NCBI RefSeq assembly: GCF_000143415.4
Contig: NW_003314394.1
Coordinates: 364,484-385,285, forward strand
DNA from: Selaginella moellendorffii
Taxonomy: Eukaryota; Plantae; Lycopodiophyta
DNA length: 20,802 nt
Direction of reading: 5' to 3'
The position numbers were made by a program, and so were the translations under genes. Shown here piece by piece: positions 1 to 8,294 of this stretch. Under the pieces are notes generated by a model. It saw nothing but the letters and a program-made list of their open reading frames with translations, ran no database searches and was not told the origin of the DNA. Numbering within the stretch: the first letter of the stretch is position 1; each line of letters begins with the position of its first letter.

Positions 1-24
1 GTGTAAGGGATAGGATCCTAACAT

Positions 25-36
25 TGGTATCAGAGC
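25..36 (+). promoter_or_regulatory. Primer-binding site (initiator tRNA-Met) of the TRIM
   Basis: TGGTATCAGAGC lies 1 nt after the LTR end (...AACA). Confidence 0.9.
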
Positions 37-209
37 CCAGTTCGATTCTCGTGGCTGACGAGTGGGGCAGGAATATTCTGAAGGAATATTCAACATGGTG
101 GATCTAGAGGGAGAACCAAGGTTTGGTAGACCCTAAGAGAAGGACCATGGTGACCGGATGGTGGCTTAAGTATGATCGCGGACGATCATTCCCTGACGAG
201 GGGGAGGAT

Positions 210-313
210 TGTTAGGCACCAGGTCAGGATAATAGGATAAGGAAAGGGCCCTACAATCAAGTGATCACCCCTTTAGCCAATTGGCTTAAGGTGTAAGGGA
301 TAGGATCCTAACA
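210..313 (+). repeat. 3' LTR of the TRIM
   Basis: TG...CA ends with a 7-bp inverted repeat, preceded by a polypurine tract. Confidence 0.88.
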
Positions 314-479
314 TAGCATGTCCCCAAGTCAGGAATAAAACTTATGGAGTTTGGGAATAAAACTCCTCCAAGTGGTCAAAAGTGGGGTTAAGTGGCTAAA
401 GTAGAATGGAAAAAATTAGTCACTTACAGAAAAGGTATGTAAATAATGCCAACAGTTCAATTCAAAGCTATGTTCAATG

Positions 480-1377
480 CCTTCCTTTCCAGCTTGTCAC
501 TTCTCTAGGTCTCTGTTTTTAGTGGGGACTTGACTTTGTTAGCCCGATCAACCCATCAAGCTCAAAAGGATAGCAATATATCATGGTTGTAATGGACTAC
601 TTCACAAAGTGGTTGAGGCCATTCCTCTGCAACAAGTAGATTAACAGTCTACAACAAAGTTTATTTATGAGTACATTGTTTACTGATTTGGAGTTCTTGC
701 AGTTTTGATTTCCAATCGTGGCAGCGACTTCCTTGGACAGGTGATGTAACATCTCTTCCAGCAGCTGCAAGTCAAGCACATGAAGAGCAGCAGCTACTAT
801 CTTGAGTGCAATGGCTAGGCAAAGTCCAGCAATAAGATATTTGAAGACCATCATTTCAAAGTTTGTGGAGGATCACCCAAGGCATTGGCATGAGCATTTG
901 GTTATGCTATTGTGGGCCTTTCAAACATCCTTCAAGACATTCATCTCTATGAGCCCATTCTCTCTTGTCTATAGGACAGAGGTCGTGCTTTTAGTGGAGA
1001 TCTAGATGCCATTGCTCTCACTTTCACTTTGATATGCAGCAGAGATGCAACTTAGCAATGAGGACAAGTTTCATGTATGTGATTTGGAGGTTCTTGCCTT
1101 GGAAGAATAGCGAAAAGCCATGACTAAACATCTTCTTTGAGGTAAGCAAAAGATCAAGTTAGTTATTGATCACCAGCAGTCAGTTGAACTAGTCAAGGAT
1201 AGCGATATTGTTCTACTCAAGGAGTTCACGCCACCTTCAAAGTTTTCTCCTCACTGGACCGGCCTTTACTTTGTCCAACGATACATTAGAAGTGGAGCAT
1301 ATATGCTAGTAGATACCAATGGACATGAGCTCCTACACACTCACAATCACTTTCACCTCAAACACTTCATTCAATGA
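480..1377 (+). pseudogene. Degenerate Ty3/Gypsy (non-chromovirus, Tat/Athila-like) integrase remnant
   Basis: Broken frames give WGLDFV.PI.PSS, MDYFTKW, ISNRGSDF, SSSYYLECNG*A..SNK, WHEHLVMLLWAFQT...SPFSLVYRTEVVL.VEI and KFSPHWTGLY (GPY/F-like). There are many stops and frameshifts, and no chromodomain. The start coordinate is approximate. Confidence 0.85.
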
Positions 1378-1455
1378 GGTGTTCCTTTTTGCTTCTTTTT
1401 CATTTACTTCCTATCTTTCACTTTACTGTCACAGTTTCTTTTTTTATTTTTAGAG

Positions 1456-1479
1456 AAGCTCTATTTCGTTAAAGTGGGA
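1456..1479 (+). repeat. Left TIR (AAGCTCTATTTCGTTAAAGTGGGA), preceded by TSD AGAG at 1452-1455
   Basis: Exact reverse complement of 12029-12052. Confidence 0.95.
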
Positions 1480-1897
1480 ATTGTCATTATCCCACTTGTA
1501 AAATAAGGTTTCCAAACCTTTATATAGTATATAAATATAACAAAATTCAACTGCATTGAGGCACATGCCATTTTATTTTAAACAAGGAAATGTCTACTCA
1601 ATCACTTCTCCTCCCCCTGCCACTGCTTCACCTCTCTCTTCTCCTTGTCATCGTCGTCCAATTTCTTTCCATCCTTTTAATATTGGCTCAGTTGCTCCGA
1701 GTCTAGGTGGAGCCCAAGTCCCCATTGAATCTTTACTTTCCCATTATTAATAAAACAACTTCGTAGACTTCCAATAACATGCTGTAACACTTCTAGTACA
1801 ATGCAAATCCTCTCAAAGAATTGTCTTTTAATATTAATACAATGGCATGGAACCCCATGCCATAATAAGTTACATTTTTAAATAAATACATGCCATC

Positions 1898-2760
1898 TCA
1901 GACTGTTATTTTTTGCCTCCAACGCCTATACAATAATCTTGGAATTTCATCACTCTCCACACTATCAGGATTTAAACCCAATAGTAATGCCATCTCTTCT
2001 CTAATACGTCCACGCTCATGTTCAGTGGTCGAAGAACCCATCCGGTTGAGCAGATTATGGAGATGCGGATAGTGCTTGGCTAGACAATATACATGCCATA
2101 AATGATGACTGGTGTCTGTCCGATCAAATGGCTTCGGATATACCGTTCCATCTGCCATTTGGTTGATTTCTGCAGCCACCTCCTGGACTGGCCGGTTCTC
2201 TATCACCATCGCTCCAAGCCGTTTTGCAAGGTCCCCCAGAACATACGGTTTCTTCTCCCTAGTTTCCATACTGCAAGAGATGGGGTGCACTGCATATGTG
2301 TGCGTGTTCGCTGCAGTTTTAATCGGCGAGTCATCGATGATGAGGATTTCACTTGAGCTAGCAGTCCGGTTCATCACTACAGCCTCTGGCTTGACGAAGA
2401 TGGGCTTGCTACCCCTCACATGGACCATAGTCAAGCAATCCTCCTGCGTTAGGAGAAAGTCAAATGGTAATATTACTCGCGTCTGATCGTGCATCATCTG
2501 TAGCAACGTTAATGCATTGTGGCGCATCATGGATGTCCAAACTCCCAATTGCAAATTGAACCCGGCCCTCTGTTTTAAGTGTCGCATGGTCATTATTAGA
2601 TCCCGCAGTTTCTCCCGTGTGATTAATGTGAATCTGTCTCTTTTGACCAACTTGCGACCGCAGGCTTTGGAGGGTGCAATGACATTCGAGGACGAGCCAC
2701 GCTCATGGGAGAAAAGGACACCGTTCAGATCAAAAACGATACAGTACCTTCGCCGTGACT
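1898..2760 (-). CDS. FCP1/NIF-type HAD-superfamily phosphatase-like domain (last exon of the accessory gene)
   Basis: Motif I CIVFDLNGVLF, motif II GVWTSMMRHNA, KPIFVK, and motif IV ILIIDDSPIKTAAN...VHP. This is the DLNG variant seen in plant/fungal FCP1-homology proteins. Confidence 0.8.
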
Positions 2761-4740
2761 CTGAAATGAAATGCGTCAGCATAAAAAATGGTACAAGTCA
2801 ATTTTACCATCTACAATATTAGCGAATGTTGCTCCCGATGGTCGTTGAGAGGGTTTTGGTCGAGGAAACGTGAAGGGCGGAAATACTCTCCTCTGCAATG
2901 TGGGGTCAATCGCATCCGATGGCGTGTGGGCACATGCCATTTCAGCTGTAGACTCTGGTACAACTGGCTCAACAGTGGCATGGGGTGGTTCCGATGGCGT
3001 GTGATCACACGCCATTTCAGCTGGTGCCTCCGTTGGCAAAGTGGACATGACCGAACAGGCAGCAGGGGCGGTGTAGGGAGGTTCCAACGGCGTGTAGTCA
3101 GACGATTGGGCACACGTTGAGTCCGTTGGAAATGAGGATACGACCGGCTCGGCGGCTGGGGCGGCCTCATGTGGGTCCAATGGTGCCTGGTCACCGTCAG
3201 TTGGATACGTGGACAAGATTGACTCAGTGGTATGGGCAGCATCAAGTGGAGCGTGGTCAGCTTGCTTGGCGTTGATATGGATAGTAGCCTCCACCAGCTC
3301 TGATGACTCTTGCAGCCAAGTAGAGTCCACTGGCGGATCCATATGCATGTCCAAATATCTCCCTTCGATTGAGATGGTATCCTCCCGTGCTACTAAAAAC
3401 AAACTCATTAGCACATTGAATCGACTATACTGTATTTACCATCAACTGCTATTGAGGAACTAGGACCGATATCACTTGAGCGCACTGCTGATTCTGAAGG
3501 ATTGGACATACGTTTCGACCCTTGCTTGGCACTATCCTTCCTCGACACTAAAGGCTAGAGTTTGTAAATTCAACTGAATAATCTCTACTTACCATTTGCT
3601 CTGCGACCTACATGGACAATGTTAGAAATGGTAAAAGGTTAGGAATGGATGTATTATTATTTACCTGATGGTTTGTCTTGTATGACCTTCCTCCGCCGCT
3701 CTTTGGCCACCTCAGGCTGGCCATCGTCGTCATCATCGTCGTCGTCGTTATTGTGATCGTCACCATTGTGAGGACCATCCAAGTCCTCTTTGTCCTCCTC
3801 TTCTTCGTCCTCCTCTTCTTTGTCCTCCTCTTCGTCCTTCTGCTCTTCCTGCTCATTATCTTTCTCTGGCTCCTCATCCCCCTCCTGCATTTCTTCCATA
3901 GGCTGCTCAGGCTGGATGGCTTATTCTTCCAGGACCATCTTGGGAAAATCATCTGGCCGAGTCTCCATCTCAAAATACAAGACATCCATAGCCTGTTTTA
4001 GTGCGTGACCTAGGACCGTATCCTCACCCGACTGTCTTAACATGGTTTCTACACGTTCTTGCACCCTTCGAAGATGACGAGATGAGAAAAACGTGGCCCT
4101 GCCTTGAAAAGCTTCCCTCATCCATTGTACCTCTCCATTGAGATTGGGGAAGGGGAGTCCGCCATAGGAATCTGAGTCATGAGGTGGTGACTGCCTGCTT
4201 TCACTCAGCCCTTGATCTGCAATGAATGGCATGAGCACACACGCCATAACCGCGAGGCATTACCTATCATCTTTTCGTTGCCCTTCTTCCTTTTCGAATC
4301 AAACGCCTCTGATCTCGACGACTGTCCAACGTGCTTTCGCTTTTTATGACCACTGTCAGTTTGAGCTTGGCTGGTGCTTGCCTGTTTTGCCTTTGAAGAA
4401 GTTTCTCCTGCAAGGAATGGCATGAGACCACACGCCATTGCAAATATAATTTGTACCTCCTTTTTTCCTATTGCTTTTCTGTTTGTCCTTCTTCGATGCG
4501 CCACCAGTGCGCTTTTCAGTCCTCGTGTCTAAATATTCACAACGATCTATAATCAAAATGGCGTGAGGCCTCACGTGACCTTACCTTGTGCAGGTTGTGA
4601 GCTCGGCCCAACATGGGTATCTTCAACAGTAGCTGTTAACTCCGTTTCAGCATCTGGGGGTGGCCACGCTCCTGCATACAGAGCTTGTGAGATAACATTT
4701 AAACTTAAAGTGTGTACTCACCAGGTTCGCAGAGAAGATA

Positions 4741-5450
4741 CTATTTTTCTTTGGCAACTGTAATTATATGCTCCATTGAAGTCATCTCTTCAATGGAGTT
4801 TGTCACCGCAACACACAGGACACCCTTGAGTAGTGCGGCTCGAAAGAATAGTCCGCCGCAGTTGTACTCGACAACGCATTTGCCCTTGGAGTCGGAAGCA
4901 GGTGACCCACCCGCTATTGCGTTGAAGACCCAGCTGAGCATTTCCCATGCTGCACTTGGAGCTTTCTTTGGATTCGAAAGCTCCATAGCCGTCTTCAGTT
5001 CCTCAGGCACGGGTAAATTGACCTCCCTCAGATCAATTCGATTGGCCTTGTCGAACGAAGCTGGGAAGTCACTCTAGTCCCAATCTGCTGCAGGACCAAT
5101 AACAAGGGCGAGTGTGAAGATGCGGACATTCGTCGGTATCTTCTTCTTAGCCATTATCCCATGGATCTCCCGCATCTCCTTGCCTTTCAACCGAGCCTTC
5201 ACCTCGTTCAAGGCCTTCCAGAACTTGTGATAGGATTCGGAGTCGTAGATCATATAGTGGACTGAAGATTCCACCTCTGCAAGTCCCACCATTAAGTCAA
5301 TGATGGAGCTGACTTCGTCTGCATGAGTGATCTCCTCGTTTGTGAAGTCCATCACACAAAAGATGTTCTTGACCTGCTCATCTCTGCGGGAAACGATGCT
5401 CCTCCACCTTTGATCCTCATCCGAATTCAAGTATACCCGGTAAGGTTCTC
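4741..5450 (-). other. Degenerate beta-class (N4C/N6A) DNA methyltransferase-like region of the accessory gene
   Basis: The order IFCVMDFTN ... KKAPSAAWEMLSWVF ... GKCVVEYNCGGLFFRAALLKGVLCVAVTN resembles DPPY ... KP..l..li ... gd.VlDpF.GSG...AA...gR..ig.E. The catalytic and SAM-binding residues are not conserved. By-eye similarity only. Confidence 0.4.
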
Positions 5451-6100
5451 GATAGGCCTCTGCTGCGGGGTCGAGCTGTTTCTGAAGCCGGCGGTCGACA
5501 TCAATCTTAATGAAATTTGGATACTGATCCAACTTCTCAGCTTTACTTTTCGTGGCATCCCACAGCAGATCGATGAACTTGGGGGCCCCCTTCACGTACT
5601 CGTCGATGTCTTCATTTGACAACTCCAGCGCTTCCATCATCTCTTGCGTGGTGTCGATGCTCACCCTCTCCACGGCCACTTGCTCGAAGATCCAATCCTT
5701 CAATAGCGCACGAGCTCTCAGAGTCGTGCACAAGTCCTCGTATGTCACAATATGGCCGGGAGTCATTTTGGTCTTGTTGAAGACAACCTCACCACGTAGA
5801 AGAGCATTAGCCACTGTCAGAAGGTCGTCGTCGTCTAGAGACCGCGAGAAACACAAGGCGTTGAGCTTCAAATCATTGGGCTTCCGGCCGTCCTCCACAC
5901 CCATTGAGTTTGGTAACTCCCCGTCATGGTACCTCCTCAGCACATCTACCCATTTGTCAAAAACAACTTTTGTCGCGAGTAGAATGTTATGGATGCTGAG
6001 TGTGTCATTGACCCCCAGTGTTTTCGAGAGAAGACTCGAGAATTCCTGCAATGGAAATGGCGTGAGGCCACATGCTATGCCACATAAAAACGAGGCTTAC

Positions 6101-6620
6101 CTGCCAGGCGCTAGTTGCTAGTGCACGTCCTTGTCCTGGTTTTTGTAGCTTCTTCAGTTGAACCCAGAGCTTCCGTGTTCGTGCCAATGTCTCGTGCAGA
6201 CCCGATTTGTAGCACGTTTCTTGCTTGACATTCTGCGCGTGGGAGATGTATATGATAGATCGGAGGGGCGAGTTGCCTTTTATCAGGCGGACAACTCTTG
6301 TCTTGAAGACTTTCTTCACCTCCTCGCCCACCATAATATCCACAACTACCTCTTGCATCACCAAGCTAGAATGCTGCCCGGAGACGGCATAGAACCGGAT
6401 GTTCTGATCGTCCAACACCTTCCTATTGATCAAGTCTGGAAACCTCATCTCGCCCTTCATTCGTCTGCGATGTCGGGTGTTACTGGACTTGCCAGCATCT
6501 TCTGCTTCAATTTCTCCACCCACTCATCAGATACTAGCCTGTGGTTGTATTTGCTTTGGATGTCGATACGGCTCACGTCGATTGTATATACTTTGTTGGA
6601 ATAGTAACAAGTACTATTAT
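6101..6620 (-). other. ParB/Sulfiredoxin-like domain of the accessory gene
   Basis: VYTIDVSRIDI...NHRLVSDEWVEKLKQKML ... FYAVSGQHS ... VVRLI ... IIYISHAQN matches the ParB pattern i.i..I ... R.......l..L..si ... y.ii.G.HR ... v.v ... l.eN. A frameshift near 6460 interrupts it. Confidence 0.6.
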
Positions 6621-7502
6621 CTGCGACGATTTTTGCTGCCTCTTCTTGCTCTTTCTGCTCTTTGCGGCTCTTCTTTTTGGTGGGTGTAGTGTTCGAACCC
6701 GAGGCAATGGCATCACTGAGTAGCTTCTTTTTTGGAGCAGGAGAGTCAGACGTCGGCTTGAGCTTGACCACCCTTTTCTGCTTCGAGGTAGTTTCCAGAT
6801 CGACCCCCTTCCCCTTCGCTTCGCGAACTGGAGTCACTCTCAACGGCTCAATGTTGGAATATAGTTTTTGAACATCGCCGTAGGTGAGGTCCGTGTATTC
6901 CATGTGATCTTCATAGACCCACAGCGTCTTTGAAATTGTGGGCCTCCTGGACAACCTCTCCCTAGCTCCCTCTAGGAATTCCTCATAGCCGCTGCCCCCC
7001 TCCGGGAAGCCGCTAGGATGTGCAAGGTGGATCTTGAAGGCAGACGCTGTCTCTACCACAAGTGCCAGTCCATATTCTTGCATGGAACTGCATGGAGTGT
7101 CTGTCACTTGGATGAGGATCCCCATGCATTCTTTTCTCCCACCATCTGTGTTGTACAGCCTCAGATCCTCGCCTTCCATCCCGAAAGTCCAACTGGTGAG
7201 CTCCTCCCCCTTCTTTGCATCCACATTGACAGTGGCTGGAAGAAGAACGCAATTCCTCGCCTGTTCAGAAATGCACAACAATTAGAGCTGACAGATGAAA
7301 AGCTAGCAGCTGGAAATAACGTGAGGCCACACGCCATTCACCACTGCATCAGATGTCTTGAGGCTGCATCCTAAGATGGCGTGAGGCTACACGCCATCTG
7401 TAACCGGACTGCACTCGAGAGCCCAATCGGTGCATGCCAATGTTGCTACTGAATGGCATGTGGCCTCATGCCATTTTCTACTTGGCCTAAAAGACTTACC
7501 AT

Positions 7503-8294
7503 TTGAAGCCGAATGGAGGCGTGACAACCGGACTCGCTGGCGAATGTGCACTGTGTGTGCAGCGGATGATGTGACAAAGTTCAACCTCCGACACAAAGTC
7601 TAGAAGCTACTCAGTTTGAAATTTGTCAGAGGAATCATAAGATCTGGTTTGTCAGAGGATTTGATGTGACGTTCAAGCGTGTGTTATTTTTGAATTCTCG
7701 AACTCATTCCTAGGTCTATCATTTTTGTGCGCCGTGTTCTTGGTTCCGCTGAGCGCAGTGAGCGCTGCTTGTGTAAGCGGCGTTGTGAGCTGTGGTTTAT
7801 GCGTCTACAAGCGGTTGCGGCATTGCGAGCGCTATTGCGAGCGGCAGTTTATGCGAGTGGCAGTTTGTGCGAGCGGCGCTACGAGCAGTTGCGGTGTTGC
7901 GAGCGGCGCTACGAGTAATTGCGGTGTTGCGAGCGGCACTGTCTTTGGTGTGGCTACCGCTTCCTCTTGATATTCGGCACTTGTGCTTCCTGGTATGTTC
8001 ACCATGGAATGGTTTAGAACCACATTTAGAAATGGCATGAGGCCACATGCCATCTTGGGCCCTTGCAATTTCATGGCTAGCGTATTGTCATGTATGTTTT
8101 TACTTGCCTGCAGCTGTGTGTATATCAAGATGGCATGAGGCCTCATGCCAATTTTGTGAATGCGAAATTTCACGTGGGTGTCAATAGCATGTTTGAATAA
8201 TGGCATGTGGCCTCATGCTATTTGGTATGTTATGATTTAGGCCATTCTCCAATCATTTTTTGTATGGTCTTAACTTCTTTTCTGCACTTTCAGA
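7503..8294. promoter_or_regulatory. Divergent promoter / 5'-leader region shared by the two transposon genes, with a probable 5'-UTR intron
   Basis: It lies between head-to-head ATGs (7502 -, 8295 +). A direct repeat tttgtcagagga is at 7622-7633 and 7648-7659. An acceptor tttcag ends at 8293, with candidate donors gtatgt at 7993 or 8225. Confidence 0.6.
7810..7940 (+). repeat. CpG-rich tandem repeats (TGCGAGCGGC core; 30-bp unit x ~2.3 at 7869-7937)
   Basis: gcgagcggcgctacgagcagttgcggtgtt / gcgagcggcgctacgagtaattgcggtgtt / gcgagcggc, preceded by shorter variants. Confidence 0.85.

Larger units (their letters stand above)
1..313 (+). mobile_element. TRIM (terminal-repeat retrotransposon in miniature), 5' LTR truncated by window edge
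   Basis: Bases 1-23 are identical to 291-313 (gtgtaagggataggatcctaaca). The PBS tggtatcagagc is at 25-36, followed by a ~186-bp non-coding interior, a PPT gagggggagga at 198-208, and a 104-bp LTR (210-313) with inverted ends TGTTAGG...CCTAACA. Confidence 0.88.
1898..7502 (-). pseudogene. Transposon accessory gene, 11 exons, ~1640 codons: unknown N-terminal domain + ParB/Srx-like + degenerate DNA-MTase-like + low-complexity linker + FCP1-like HAD phosphatase; disrupted
   Basis: Exons: 7502-7500 (ATG), 7260-6101, 6045-4722, 4671-4585, 4528-4457, 4407-4264, 4216-3665, 3607-3593, 3547-3440, 3392-2808, 2760-1898. All ten introns are GT-AG and each splice keeps frame, joining the listed minus-strand ORFs. 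Lesions: one frameshift near 6460 and in-frame stops at 5074-5076 (TAG), 4741-4743 (TAG) and 3921-3923 (TAA). Confidence 0.8.

Noticed and set aside
210-313. Cassandra-type TRIM carrying 5S rRNA sequence
   Set aside because: No recognisable 5S A/C-box sequence is present in the LTR.
1451-1455. 5-bp TSD TAGAG
   Set aside because: It would use the last base of the right TIR and make the termini asymmetric. The 4-bp AGAG reading gives perfectly symmetric ends.
1471-1500. aaagtgggaa-TG as the PPT and LTR start of the upstream Gypsy remnant
   Set aside because: These bases are part of the left TIR, which is matched exactly at 12029-12052.
1600-1830. Coding-looking minus-strand stretch (RQFFERICIVLEVLQ...KIQWGLGLHLD...) as an extra exon or small third gene
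   Set aside because: It contains a stop, has no convincing in-frame splice to the upstream exon and shows no recognisable motif. Worth rechecking in a family consensus.
3921-5076. In-frame TAG/TAA stops repaired by U-to-C RNA editing or an alternative genetic code
   Set aside because: U-to-C editing is organellar. The neighbouring retroelements show the same C-to-T decay, and the gene also has a frameshift.
6436-6490. An intron that removes the frameshift near 6460
   Set aside because: The better donor (gtaaca) gives a 48-nt intron that leads straight to a stop. The frame-restoring donor (gtccag) is weak and the sequence is purine-rich, so a small deletion is more likely.
2102-7374. Numerous plus-strand ORFs over the accessory gene (and minus-strand ORFs such as 10107-10985 over the transposase)
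   Set aside because: These are antisense shadows of real coding sequence with no motifs of their own.
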